Source of the DNA: Minisyncoccota bacterium
Lineage (GTDB): Bacteria; Patescibacteriota; Minisyncoccia; Phycocordibacterales; Phycocordibacteraceae
Assembly (NCBI GenBank): GCA_039927695.1
Contig: JBDSUM010000004.1
Location: 1 to 49,277 of the forward strand
Length of the DNA stretch: 49,277 nt
Direction: 5' to 3'
Each line of letters starts with the position of its first letter. The first letter of the stretch is position 1. The translations under genes and the position numbers were made by a program. Below are positions 8,508 through 19,600 of the stretch, piece by piece. Below the pieces are notes generated by a model, which saw only the letters and a list, made by a program, of their open reading frames with translations, did not search any database and was not told the origin of the DNA.

Positions 8508-9640
8508 CCGAAACAGCACGGTTGAACCCGTTTCGAGCAGTTCTTTCCACGTGGCCACTCCTTGCAACCGGCGTTGCACTCGCATTTCTCGGGCTTCTCA
8601 CCATGGCGCCCTTTGATGGTTCTGCGTCACTCGCTCCACGTCAGTTTATTTGGATAGTGATCGGTGTTGTTGTGTACATCGTATGTGCAGTGATTGATAT
8701 GCGCTTCATTCGTCGCACACCCGTTATCATAACGGGGTATATTGTTACGCTCGTATTGCTTGCGACATTGCTTGTTCTTGGTCATGAAACGATGGGTGCT
8801 AAATCATGGTTCAACTTTGGTCTCTTTGCCTTTGAACCTGCCGATCTCGCAAAGTTGGTCATCATCGCACTCCTCGCTAAATACTTCTCTCGTAGACATA
8901 TGGAGATTGGGCATATTTCGCATGTAATCATTTCTGGCTTATACATAGGCGCCATTGTCCTTTTAATATTGGTGCAGCCAGACCTTGGCATGGCAATCGT
9001 TCTTCTTACCGTATGGTTTGGAATGATTTTAGTATCAGGTATCCCACTTCGACACTTAGCAGTGGTGATCGCTATGGGACTTGTCGCGGCGGCTGGGCTT
9101 TGGTTCTTTGGACTTAAAGACTATCAGCGCGCACGCATCATGACGTTGATTAACCCTGCTGCAGACATTCGCGGGACAGGGTATAACGCGTATCAGGCTA
9201 CTATCGCGAGCGGATCAGGACAGTTGTGGGGAAAGGGTATCGGATACGGAACACAGAGTAAGCTGCGATTCCTACCTGAATATCAGACTGACTTTATTTT
9301 TGCAGCGTTTGCAGAAGAGTGGGGATTTGTCGGTGTTGTCCTGTTACTTGCACTATATGGTTTCTTATTCTTTCAACTCCTGTCAATCGCTAGACGTTCG
9401 GCTACTAACTTTGATGCGCTCTTTACCATTGGAGTCTTGATACTTTTCCTCGCGCACGTCGGATACCACACCGGCATCAACCTCGGGATACTTCCGGTTA
9501 CCGGCACAACCATTCCTTTCATGAGTTCAGGCGGTTCGCACGTGGTTATAGAGTTTGCGGCACTCGGTATTATTGCCAGCCTTGCACAGCAGGGAAGAAG
9601 CGTTCCGCGCGACGCGGCAATGCTTGAGTACGAAGGTTAA
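8504..9640 (+). CDS. rodA: Rod shape-determining protein RodA (SEDS family)
   Basis: GAKSWF, QPDLG, GSGQLWGKG, LPEYQTDFIFAAFAEEWG, PVTGTTIPFMSSGGS. Start trimmed to ATG 8504. Confidence 0.88.
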   Translation: MTETARLNPFRAVLSTWPLLATGVALAFLGLLTMAPFDGSASLAPRQFIWIVIGVVVYIVCAVIDMRFIRRTPVIITGYIVTLVLLATLLVLGHETMGAKSWFNFGLFAFEPADLAKLVIIALLAKYFSRRHMEIGHISHVIISGLYIGAIVLLILVQPDLGMAIVLLTVWFGMILVSGIPLRHLAVVIAMGLVAAAGLWFFGLKDYQRARIMTLINPAADIRGTGYNAYQATIASGSGQLWGKGIGYGTQSKLRFLPEYQTDFIFAAFAEEWGFVGVVLLLALYGFLFFQLLSIARRSATNFDALFTIGVLILFLAHVGYHTGINLGILPVTGTTIPFMSSGGSHVVIEFAALGIIASLAQQGRSVPRDAAMLEYEG

Positions 9641-10809
9641 GCGTGATACGTAGTAAACGTCTCTGCGATCATGCAATCGCTCGTGAACTCAGTAAGAATT
9701 CGATTGTGCAGATTTGCTGCTAATTCTTGCGCGAGCTTTGGATTAGTAAGAAGTGATTCGATAGCATCGGTCAGGAGTGAAGGATTGCCAGGGGCAATAA
9801 GTAGGCCGTCTTTTGAGTTTTGAATCATCTCAGGAATGCCGCCAACATTTGAAGCGATAACAGGGAGGGAGCCAATTCCAGCTTCTAAGATTGCAAGAGG
9901 CAGACCTTCTTTGTGCGATGGCATGAGAAAGATATCACCAGCGGAAAGTCTGAAGCGCGCATCGGTAATAAATCCTGGAAGAAACACTTTGTTTGAAATG
10001 CCTAGTGATTGCGCGAGGGTGGTGAGACGTGCGCGTTCCTGGCCCTCACTCATAACTACTAAGATCAAGTTCGGAAACTTAGGTGCAAGTTTTGCGAGAG
10101 CACGAATTGCGATATCGATACCTTTATTGGGATGAAGCTCAGAATTCATAAGAAGCCAAATTGAGCCAGCGGTAAGTCCTGGAGATTTTGCTATGAGCTC
10201 AGCGCGCGCATCAGCGCGCGGCAAAAGTTCAAACGGTTGCATACCATTCCGTACGACGTGCAACTTTCGCTTACTAAAAAATACAGGAGTATTTTCCATG
10301 TCGTATCCGGAGACTACGATAGTGACATGACTCATCACGATCGTGAACCACGAAGCAATCCAAATACAGGTCTTCCAGAACCAAGAACGATTTTCACCGT
10401 GAGGCCATCCGTGTGCGGTGAAGACAATGTGCGGAACACCTGCAAGCCGTCCTGCAAGAGAGCCCAAGAATCCCATCTTTGAACTATTAAGATGGAGCAC
10501 GTTCGGCTTTTCTTTCTTTAGAATTCGCACCAATTCCCAAAATGCTTTGAGCTCGGCAATGACGCCAATATCACGTCTAATGTATGAAAGGGGAATTACT
10601 GGAATATTTGCTTCACTTAGGCGTGCTGCTAGTAAGCCGGTCTCGGGTGTGGAACCATCGGCACCACCCAGCGCAACACTCACATGGGCGCCTGCTGCGC
10701 AGGCGCCCATCGCCAGAGCATACGTATATGCCTGAGCACCACCCCAATTGGATTTAGTAATGGCGTAGAGGACACGGGTGCCCTCGAGCGACTTTTGTGG
10801 CGTTTCCAT
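9637..10809 (-). CDS. Glycosyltransferase family 4
   Basis: SNWGGAQ, HLNSSK, FTAHGW and MPSHKEGLPLAILEA GT-B motifs. Confidence 0.9.
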   Translation of the reverse strand: METPQKSLEGTRVLYAITKSNWGGAQAYTYALAMGACAAGAHVSVALGGADGSTPETGLLAARLSEANIPVIPLSYIRRDIGVIAELKAFWELVRILKKEKPNVLHLNSSKMGFLGSLAGRLAGVPHIVFTAHGWPHGENRSWFWKTCIWIASWFTIVMSHVTIVVSGYDMENTPVFFSKRKLHVVRNGMQPFELLPRADARAELIAKSPGLTAGSIWLLMNSELHPNKGIDIAIRALAKLAPKFPNLILVVMSEGQERARLTTLAQSLGISNKVFLPGFITDARFRLSAGDIFLMPSHKEGLPLAILEAGIGSLPVIASNVGGIPEMIQNSKDGLLIAPGNPSLLTDAIESLLTNPKLAQELAANLHNRILTEFTSDCMIAETFTTYHA

Positions 10810-10884
10810 GGTTTCTATAACTGTACCGCACACCGGGAGGATTCACCTGTTAAAACCAAGAACGGAGTATATACTGTCTTTACT

Positions 10885-12222
10885 ATGCCTTTCGCCCGCC
10901 GCGAGACCGCACTCCTTATATTCGGAGACGCGTTACTCCTTATTACCTCACTTTGGCTTGCGCTCGTATTGCGTAATTTTCAGTTACCTACCGGAAGTTA
11001 TTTCTTTGAGCACTTGCGCGCGTTCGTAGTGGTATACGGAATTTCATTCCTCATCTTCTTTATCGCTGGTTTGTACGAACCTCAGACAAGGCTTGTAAAA
11101 CGAATTCTTGGAATACGAATTCTTGGAGCCCAGGTAACTAACACTGCCATTGCTGCCATAGTATTCTTCGTACTCCCACTCGTGATTGCGCCGAAGACGG
11201 TTCTTCTCTTGTATCTCCTTATTTCGGTTGTACTTATCTCTGTCTGGCGTTTCTTTGTCGTCCCGTATCTTTCCATAGCAGAGACCAAATCAGCAGTATT
11301 GATAGGAGAAGGGGAGGCATATGAAGAAGTGCTACACGCACTCGATGGCAATTCAAAATACTATGTTCGTTTTGTTGACTCCATTCGACCAAGTACTCTC
11401 ATGGAGGGCGACTTGAAAACATTAATCGAGCGCCATGTTCAAGCCGGTATGAGAATCGTGGTACTGGATACACGTAATCTCGTAGTACGAAAAGAACTCC
11501 CAAGCTTATATGACGCGATGCTTGAGGGCGTCGACTTCGTTGAATTCGCAACGTTCTACGAGGGACTCACCGATCGTGTGCCACTAGCGCATATCGACCA
11601 CGCCTGGCTCCTTGAACATCTGCGTCGCCAAAATCGCGTATATGCCATCGCAAAGCGAGTCATCGACATCGTCGGTGCATTCATAGGAATAATCCTCAGT
11701 GCACCTTTTATACTCCTTGCAGTTCTTGGTACGGCGATAACAGGAGGGGGAAAGATATTTATTCGTCATGATCGAGTGGGGCGGGATAATAAGACATTCC
11801 GTATCATCAAGCTTCGTTCAATGCTCTTTAACGATCATGGCGACCCAGAACTTCAGAAAAAGAATCGCGTCACGCCATTTGGTAAATTCCTTCGTAAGAG
11901 TCGCATTGATGAACTTCCACAGCTCTGGAACATTCTCGTTGGAGATCTTTCCTTTATTGGTCCGCGGCCAGAACTACCAAGCATTGCTGCTATTTATGAG
12001 ACAGAGATTCCTTACTATGCCGTTCGTCACCTGGTCACTCCTGGTCTATCAGGTTGGGCGCAGATATACGACCATGATGCGCCACGAGGTGCTGCAGACA
12101 TCGCGCGCACGGCTCGCAAGCTTTCGTATGATATCTATTATATGAAGCACCGTTCTTTTGGACTTGATATGGCAATTGCCCTTAAGACCTTGCGAGCGCT
12201 CGCTTCACTCTCTGGAACATAA
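10885..12222 (+). CDS. Polyprenyl-phosphate glycosylphosphotransferase (WcaJ/WbaP-like sugar transferase)
   Basis: Four N-terminal TM helices; KRVIDI, KLRSM, RIDELPQLWNIL, GPRPE and PGLSGWAQ motifs. Confidence 0.9.
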   Translation: MPFARRETALLIFGDALLLITSLWLALVLRNFQLPTGSYFFEHLRAFVVVYGISFLIFFIAGLYEPQTRLVKRILGIRILGAQVTNTAIAAIVFFVLPLVIAPKTVLLLYLLISVVLISVWRFFVVPYLSIAETKSAVLIGEGEAYEEVLHALDGNSKYYVRFVDSIRPSTLMEGDLKTLIERHVQAGMRIVVLDTRNLVVRKELPSLYDAMLEGVDFVEFATFYEGLTDRVPLAHIDHAWLLEHLRRQNRVYAIAKRVIDIVGAFIGIILSAPFILLAVLGTAITGGGKIFIRHDRVGRDNKTFRIIKLRSMLFNDHGDPELQKKNRVTPFGKFLRKSRIDELPQLWNILVGDLSFIGPRPELPSIAAIYETEIPYYAVRHLVTPGLSGWAQIYDHDAPRGAADIARTARKLSYDIYYMKHRSFGLDMAIALKTLRALASLSGT

Positions 12223-12223
12223 T

Positions 12224-13051
12224 ATGCAAACAACTATCATCGATGGAAAGATAATCGCTGCGGAAATCCTCGCGCAGGTAAAGGCAGGGTTAGCGCCTGG
12301 TGACCGTCCTGTGGTGCGCGCTGTAGTCGTTGCGCCAACACCAGTAACAGAGTCGTATCTGCGGGTAAAAGCTGCGCGCGCAGGGGACGCTGGAATGGAA
12401 CTTTCTGTAGTGTCTCTTCCAAGTACCGCAACCACAGAAGAGGTGATTACTGCTGTTGAGGCTCCAGGCGCTGCTGCGGTTATTGTGCAGCTTCCACTCC
12501 CAGAGCATCTGGATAGCGAACGAATTCTTTTGAGTATTCCTGTAGAAAAAGATGCTGATGTATTGTCGCCAAAGACCTATGCGTTATTTACGTTTGAAAT
12601 TCCTGACGCACTTGTACCGCCGGTAGCCGCTGCAGTGAGTGAGGTGCTGGCACGAGCGGAAATTCCCCTCGAAGGCACGCAGGCTGTGGTAGTAGGGAAT
12701 GGTCGATTGGTAGGAGCCCCGGTTGCTGCATGGCTTCATACGCAAGGCGCACAGGTCATGGTGTTGGATAAGGATACGTTTAAAGATTCGGTAGCCGCGC
12801 TCCGCGCGGCCAACATCATCGTCAGCGGTGCAGGTATTCCGCACCTCATTACTCCCGCAATGATTTCTGGAGACACTGTTCTTATTGATGCTGGTACCAG
12901 TGAACAAGAGGGGGCTATTAAAGGAGACATAGATCCTGCCTGCGCTGAGCTGGCCTCAATCTTTACTCCCGTCCCAGGAGGCATCGGTCCTATTGCAGTC
13001 GCGTGCCTTTTTCGTAATGTCGCGCAGCTACATAAAAGTACATCCATATAA
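12224..13051 (+). CDS. folD: Bifunctional methylenetetrahydrofolate dehydrogenase/cyclohydrolase
   Basis: IIDGKIIA, IVQLPLP, EKDAD and TPVPGGIGP motifs. Confidence 0.92.
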   Translation: MQTTIIDGKIIAAEILAQVKAGLAPGDRPVVRAVVVAPTPVTESYLRVKAARAGDAGMELSVVSLPSTATTEEVITAVEAPGAAAVIVQLPLPEHLDSERILLSIPVEKDADVLSPKTYALFTFEIPDALVPPVAAAVSEVLARAEIPLEGTQAVVVGNGRLVGAPVAAWLHTQGAQVMVLDKDTFKDSVAALRAANIIVSGAGIPHLITPAMISGDTVLIDAGTSEQEGAIKGDIDPACAELASIFTPVPGGIGPIAVACLFRNVAQLHKSTSI

Positions 13052-13057
13052 AAGAAA

Positions 13058-13080
13058 ACCCCAGGAGAAATTCCTGGGGT
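13058..13080. terminator. Terminator between convergent folD and the response regulator
   Basis: ACCCCAGGA-GAAAT-TCCTGGGGT with an A-tract upstream (U-tail on the minus strand). Confidence 0.7.
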
Positions 13081-13083
13081 AAA

Positions 13084-13473
13084 TTAGTCTCCCTCGAGAT
13101 CTTTCTCGACGAGATCGCGACCGAGCTGCTCAACAGCAGCATGTAAGTCTTTGAATTTGCTTTTGTCGATGAAAGTGGCACCGAGCGCTTCCACCTCGCT
13201 CGCGACTTTGACTCGGCCCGAAATAATTATTACTGGCAGGTCTTTCCAGCGCTCGTCTGCGCGAAGTTCTTTGAGGGCTTCGAGACCACTCACTTCCGGC
13301 ATGTTGTTGTCGGAAATAACCAGATCGAAGGTACCATCTTCTTCGAGCGCTTTGAGCAAAGCTCGTCCGTTATCAACGGCTGTCACATCGTAGCCGTGTA
13401 TCCCGAAGAGCTGGAGAAAGCTCCCCCGAACATCTTCGTCATCGTCTGCTAACAAGATTCTCATCATTCTCAT
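13084..13473 (-). CDS. Single-domain response regulator (CheY-like receiver)
   Basis: ILLADDD, phosphoacceptor segment DLVISDNNMPEVSG, PVIIISG, FIDK. SD-like GGAAGGA upstream of ATG 13473. Confidence 0.85.
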   Translation of the reverse strand: MRMMRILLADDDEDVRGSFLQLFGIHGYDVTAVDNGRALLKALEEDGTFDLVISDNNMPEVSGLEALKELRADERWKDLPVIIISGRVKVASEVEALGATFIDKSKFKDLHAAVEQLGRDLVEKDLEGD

Positions 13474-13623
13474 CGCACGTCCTTCCCAACGTCTCAGTGA
13501 CGTAGTGGCTATAACATGCCACATAAATATAGAAATAGCAACTTCCTAGAAAAGTCAATCCATACACACTTCTCATTAACTAACAGTTGCGAAAACGAAC
13601 AAACGGCGTACACTAGCCCTATC

Positions 13624-14991
13624 ATGCAATCTCGTCCGTGGCGCATCGTTTCTGCCCTCATCGTACTTATCGTAGCCGGACTCCTCACCTGGTTTGTCGT
13701 AAACACTCATCACGCAGACTCTAAATATAACGTTAAGCTTGGTCTCGATCTCGCAGGCGGCACGGAGCTTATTTACCACGCTGATACCAGCAAGATAACA
13801 ACTGACAAGCAGGGCGCGCTTAACTCACTTCGTGATGTCATTGATCGTCGTGTGAATGCCTTCGGTGTCGCTGAACCTCTCGTACAGCTTGAGCAGTCGA
13901 GTGCCGTAGCGGGGAATCAGGAAAGCCGTCTTTTAGTTGAACTCCCAGGAGTTACCGACGTTAAAGCAGCGGTAGATGCTATCGGCAAGACACCCGTGCT
14001 TGAGTTCAAACTTGCTGGGACTGCAAGCTCAACACCAACAACGATTGGTACTTCAACAAGCATAGCTGTTACGCAGAACTACATCGACACAGGTCTTACC
14101 GGTCGTTACCTTAAGTCTGCTGAACTTCAGTTTGCAAACGGTAACGCAGGGCAGGTTGCTAACTCTCCAACAGTCGTTCTCCACTTCAATGCCGAAGGTG
14201 CAGCTCTTTTTGCAAAACTTACGAGTGAGAACGTAGGAAAGACTCTCGCAATCTTCCTTGATGGAAACGTAATTTCAAACCCAACCATTCAAGAAGCAAT
14301 TGTTGGGGGAGACGCTACTATCACCGGAACATTCACACCTCAGGAAGGTCGCGATCTTGTACAGAATTTGAATTTCGGTGCGCTTCCTGTACCCATTACG
14401 CTTGAGTCGAGCGACACCGTTGGTCCATCACTCGGTGGTCAGGCATATAACGCTGGACTTATTGCTGCGGCAATAGGCTTCGCACTTGTCTCTCTCTTTA
14501 TGATCGTTTGGTACCGTCTCCCAGGAGCAATCGCTACCGTAGCACTCGTTATTTACGTACTCATCACCATCACACTCATTAAGATTGTACCTATCACCCT
14601 TACGGCTTCAGGTATCGCAGGCTTCATTCTCTCCATTGGTTTGGCCGTGGACGCGAACGTCCTTATCTTCGAGCGTATGAAGGAAGAGCTTCGTCGTGGC
14701 CTCGGTGCACAGGAGGCAGCAACAATCGGCTTTGGTCGCGCGTGGCCAGCAATTCGCGATGGTCACCTCACCATGATCATCTCAGCGATCATTCTCTTCT
14801 GGGTTGGAACATCACTTATTAAGGGCTTCGCGCTCGTCTTCGGATTCGGTGTTATTACTTCCCTCATCTCAGCCGTATTTATTTCACGAGTATTCCTTCG
14901 CGCTATTCTTCCAAACGAAGGTGGTCGTGGATGGCGCTTCCTTCTTTCCAGCGGATTCCACACAGGAAGCAAAGATAACGACACCAATTAA
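13624..14991 (+). CDS. secD: Protein translocase subunit SecD
   Basis: LGLDLAGG, RRVNAFGVAEP, VGPSLG and AVDANVLIFER motifs. Confidence 0.95.
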   Translation: MQSRPWRIVSALIVLIVAGLLTWFVVNTHHADSKYNVKLGLDLAGGTELIYHADTSKITTDKQGALNSLRDVIDRRVNAFGVAEPLVQLEQSSAVAGNQESRLLVELPGVTDVKAAVDAIGKTPVLEFKLAGTASSTPTTIGTSTSIAVTQNYIDTGLTGRYLKSAELQFANGNAGQVANSPTVVLHFNAEGAALFAKLTSENVGKTLAIFLDGNVISNPTIQEAIVGGDATITGTFTPQEGRDLVQNLNFGALPVPITLESSDTVGPSLGGQAYNAGLIAAAIGFALVSLFMIVWYRLPGAIATVALVIYVLITITLIKIVPITLTASGIAGFILSIGLAVDANVLIFERMKEELRRGLGAQEAATIGFGRAWPAIRDGHLTMIISAIILFWVGTSLIKGFALVFGFGVITSLISAVFISRVFLRAILPNEGGRGWRFLLSSGFHTGSKDNDTN

Positions 14992-14994
14992 CGT

Positions 14995-16020
14995 ATGTAT
15001 ATCGTCACCCATCGCCGCTTGTTCTTTGCCATTACAGGAATTCTCCTGCTTATTGCGCTTGGCTCAATTGCGTTTTTCCGTCTTCCATTTTCTATAGACT
15101 TCACAGGAGGTTCGCTCGTTGAAGTTGCGTATACTCAGGCTCGCCCTGAACTCAGCAGTATAAAAGAGCACGTAAACCAGCTTGCACTCGGCGAGACGTC
15201 ACTTCGCGAGAGTGGTACTAATGGCGTTATTTTGCGCACCCGCACTCTAACCCCAGCCGAACACGAAAAAGTACTTACTGCACTTGGCACCGGCACGCTT
15301 GGCACTGGGGATACGATGATGGCAAGCACTACTGCGAAAGTCTTGGCAAAGGGGACAAAGACGACAATCGCAGCGACTTCAACGGCATCGACCACCGCAG
15401 CGGGACTCACTGAACTACGCTTTAACTCTATTGGACCATCTCTTGGTTCTGAGCTCGCTATCAAGGCTCTGTACGCACTTGCAGCAGTCATCATCGCTAT
15501 CATGCTCTACATCGCGTGGGCATTCCGTCGCGTATCGAAGCCAGTATCAGGTTGGGTCTATGGCGCTATCGTTGTGGTCATACTTTTCCATGACGTAATC
15601 ATTCCTGCAGGTTTCTATGCAATCCTTTGCCACTTCACCGGAAGCCAAGTTGACTCACTATTCGTTGTCGCACTTCTCGCTATTCTTGGTTACTCAGTGA
15701 ACGACACTATTGTTATCTTTGACCGCGTGCGCGAACATCTCCATAACAACGAGCACGGAAAGATCAAGGAACCATTTGAAGAGACGGTAGGGAAGTCAAT
15801 CACAGAAACACTTGGACGATCTATCAACACTTCGCTCACCGTTGTGCTGGCTCTTCTTGCGCTTGTCTTCATTGGAAGCAAGGACACCGTTGACTTCGCT
15901 CTCGTACTTCTCGTGGGTGTCGTAGCTGGAACATATTCCTCAATTCTTCTTGCCGCTCCACTTCTCGTTCCGCTCGCAGAACGCTTCGCAAAGTCTCCTG
16001 AGATTAAGAAGAAAAAGTAA
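14995..16020 (+). CDS. secF: Protein translocase subunit SecF
   Basis: SIDFTGG, IGPSLGSEL, GYSVNDTIVIFDRVRE, RSINTS and GTYSS motifs. Confidence 0.95.
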   Translation: MYIVTHRRLFFAITGILLLIALGSIAFFRLPFSIDFTGGSLVEVAYTQARPELSSIKEHVNQLALGETSLRESGTNGVILRTRTLTPAEHEKVLTALGTGTLGTGDTMMASTTAKVLAKGTKTTIAATSTASTTAAGLTELRFNSIGPSLGSELAIKALYALAAVIIAIMLYIAWAFRRVSKPVSGWVYGAIVVVILFHDVIIPAGFYAILCHFTGSQVDSLFVVALLAILGYSVNDTIVIFDRVREHLHNNEHGKIKEPFEETVGKSITETLGRSINTSLTVVLALLALVFIGSKDTVDFALVLLVGVVAGTYSSILLAAPLLVPLAERFAKSPEIKKKK

Positions 16021-16029
16021 GAACAACAT

Positions 16030-16578
16030 ATGATTCTCGGCATTACCGGAACCAATGGAGCAGGTAAGGGTACGGTCGTCGACTATTTAGTAGAGAAGAA
16101 AGGTTTCAACCACTACTCAAGCAGTGGCTTCATCACTGAAGAAATCGTACGACGAGAAATGCCCATTAATCGGGATTCAATGCGCATCGTTGGGAATGAT
16201 CTACGTCAACTCAATAGTCCGTCATATGTCGTTGAAACTAATTACGGTCGGGCGCTTGCGGCTGGAGGAGATGCTGTCCTAGACTCTGTCCGAACCATCG
16301 GTGAGAGTGAATTTCTAAAGAGCAAGAACGTGCCAATTATTGCTGTAGATGCAGATCGTAAGACTCGCTATGAGCGTGTGGTGGTAAGGGGAAGTGCCAA
16401 GGATAAAGTTTCCTTTGAAGAATTTTGTATACAGGAAGACAAGGAAATGGCACAGACTGCAGCAAATGAAATGAATATCGGGACAGTTATGAAAATGGCT
16501 GACTATACGCTACATAACGATGGAACGCTCGAAGACTTGCACGCGCAGATTGAAGAGATGCTTTCACAGCTTGTGTAA
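16030..16578 (+). CDS. Dephospho-CoA kinase-like P-loop kinase (archaeal-type family)
   Basis: P-loop GITGTNGAGKGT, DSVRT, and C-terminal ADYTLHNDGTLEDL. Confidence 0.7.
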   Translation: MILGITGTNGAGKGTVVDYLVEKKGFNHYSSSGFITEEIVRREMPINRDSMRIVGNDLRQLNSPSYVVETNYGRALAAGGDAVLDSVRTIGESEFLKSKNVPIIAVDADRKTRYERVVVRGSAKDKVSFEEFCIQEDKEMAQTAANEMNIGTVMKMADYTLHNDGTLEDLHAQIEEMLSQLV

Positions 16579-16674
16579 CGTTCAAGCCACCATTTAGGTA
16601 AAACGTTCTTAGCAGTATGGCTGTTCGACATGTTGGTGAAATAGGAAATCATTGGTAAAGTTTGGTCATATAGT

Positions 16675-19600
16675 ATGAATTTCCTGGAGAATATATGTCA
16701 GAAGAGCCTCAGGAAGAAGTCAGTGTTGTTCGCACTCCTTACGCTCCTTTTCCTCTTTTCCGGATCTCATGCGTTTGCAGCAACGAATGTCTATTTTTCC
16801 GTTGGACAATCTACCAACGATCTTAAGACTGGTTCACCGACAATTACCATTTCTGGAACGACCGCTACATTCTCAGTAGCCCAAATAGGGAACATCGGAG
16901 TAGGTGATGCGATTCTTTATAACGGAACGACTACGTACATTTCAGGAAAATTAAATTCAACAGGAACGTTATGGTCAGTTGTTACGTCACGAGGTCTAAC
17001 ACCTGCAGCGACTACTACCGCGACAGTCACGTCGATAAAGCACGCGTACACGAATATTCGAGCAGCTTTCCAAAACATTGGTGGTGCAACCGCGCTTGGC
17101 ACAACCACTTTAACGACCGGAGATTATATTCTCAACATCCCTTGTTATTACGACAACGGCATTGAGACGGCAACCGTAGACATAAAAACAGACTACGTGA
17201 CAGGTCCGACAGACTACATCAATATCTATACTCCAGTGAGCACGTCCACTGAAGCAAACTTCTCACAACGTCATACGGGCAAGTGGACTAATAACGCATA
17301 CCAAATATCAAATTTCAGTACTTCTGCGGCATTTGTACATATCACAGGACTTCAATTTACTTCAACGTCTACTAGTGCAAATCAATCCATCATCAAGTTG
17401 CTTGCAACTACTACTCCAAACCTAACGATACTTAGGGATAATATTGTGTGGGACCAAACATCTCTGGGGGCTATCGGTATTGATGGCGGTCAATCCATTG
17501 CTCAGCCAGCTATCACTGTGGTGAATAATCTTGTATACCGCAAGCTTGGTCGGTCCAACTCTGCAGCGGGTATTCGTATGATGGGAAATTCAACGGCCTA
17601 TAACAATACGGTACTAGGCGAGAATAATGCCTATCGAACGTTCATGCTCGCGGGCGGATTTACCAATACGATACTGTACAAAAATAATATTGCGCAGGAT
17701 AGCAATGGTGGATATGGCAACACCAACTCCACTATTTTAGCCGGGTCGACGAATAATCTCTCAAGCGTTAGTGACGCGCCCGGAAGCAATCCGCAGAATA
17801 CCAAGACCGTCTCATTTATTGATGCTGCCAATAGTAACTACCATCTCGCCGCCTCTGATGTAGTCGCGCAGAACATGGGAGTAAACCTTAGCGCTGACGG
17901 TACTTATGCCTTCAGTAGTGACATAGAGGCGGATGCACGGCCCTTTGGTACTGCATGGGACATTGGAGCAGACGAATTTACTGGCTCTTCAGGTGGTGCT
18001 CAGCCGACATTTAACTTTAGCGCTACTACGCCATCTTCGTCGGCACTTGTGTCGGTGACGTTTGCAACATCTTCGAGTCCAACACCTATTACTAGTTATT
18101 TCGTAAGTAGTTCGAGCGCGGTACCTGCAATTTCAGATACCCGCTGGCAATCTTCAGCGCCTGCGACGTTCGCTGTGGGTACTACGGGAACGTCGACCAT
18201 CTATGCATTTGTCATGGACGCATATGGAACGGCCATATCGACAAGTACTGTTGTCTCGATAAACCCATCGTTTAGTACTTCTGGATTGGGAACCTCGATT
18301 CCTTCCACATTATTTGGTATGCATAACTCCTTTCGAGCACAGTCTGGAAATGCTGATAGAACTTTGTTTGATTGGCCGACAGTACCCCTTGGCACATATC
18401 GTATCTGGAACCTTACGTACACGGGTTGGTCAGGCGTTAACGCAGACCCGGGATTGTATGCGTGGGGAGCAATCGATGTCTATTCAGAAAAAGCATATGC
18501 GGCTGGCCAGGATGTTCTGTACACCATGGCCTTTACGCCAACCTGGGCATCGAAGCGTCCCGCAGAAGTATGCGCCGGATCACAGCTTCCGGGAGGATGC
18601 GCTCCGCCATCAGATGTTATGTCAGGTGACACGTATTGGAAAAATTACGTTACGGCGCTTGTACAGCATTCGCTTGCAGACCCACGCCACTACATAAAGT
18701 ATTACGAGATCTGGAACGAGTCAGACAGTAGCTATTACTACACAGGAACACCAGGGGAACTTGCTACCATGGCGAGAGATGCGGCGACTATTATTCACAG
18801 CCTCGATCCCAACGCTCGGGTAGTATCTCCGTCAGCCACGAACCCGTCAGGTAGTGGCGAACAATGGCTAACTAATTACTTTGCTTCAAGTACTTCATTA
18901 GGAATTAGTCCTTCTACACTCCAAGATATAGTCGCGTACCATGCGTACGTTGGAACTGATCCAACACTCATTACTCCCGATACGGCTGCGTTCAGACAGG
19001 TAATGACGAGTGCGGGTTTGGCAACCACAACGCCACTCTGGAGTACCGAAGGAGATTGGGCGGCTAACTCTCTTTCAGATGCTGATGCCGTAGCGTATAT
19101 TCCAAAATATTACGTGAAAGGATCGACGGCAGGACTCAGTCGAATCTATTGGTATATCTGGGACTACGACTCTACGGTCGGAGCTGGTAAAAACGATTGG
19201 GGACTGATGTGGACGCCAGCTCGCGGCGTATATCCTTCCGGCTTTGCAATTACCAAAACCTACAATTGGCTCGTCGGTTCGTACCTCAATAGCGATGCGT
19301 GTTCAACCAGTGCGGATGCTACCGAGCGCTGCAACCTTGTTCTTGCCAATGGCAATCCAGCGCAGATAGTGTGGAATAGCACGATTGCTACCACAACCTC
19401 GACCACACTTGCTGTCGACAATGCGTTTACAAGTTATGAAAATCTTGACGATACGCTTCAGCATACTGTTGTGGGGCACAATGTACAGATAAACACCAAG
19501 CCACTCTTGCTCATTGCGAATGTATACGCCGGTATCGTAGCGAATCCAGCGAGTAGTACCCGCCCAGTAGTACAGGGATTTTCCGTACCCAGCACCCTTA

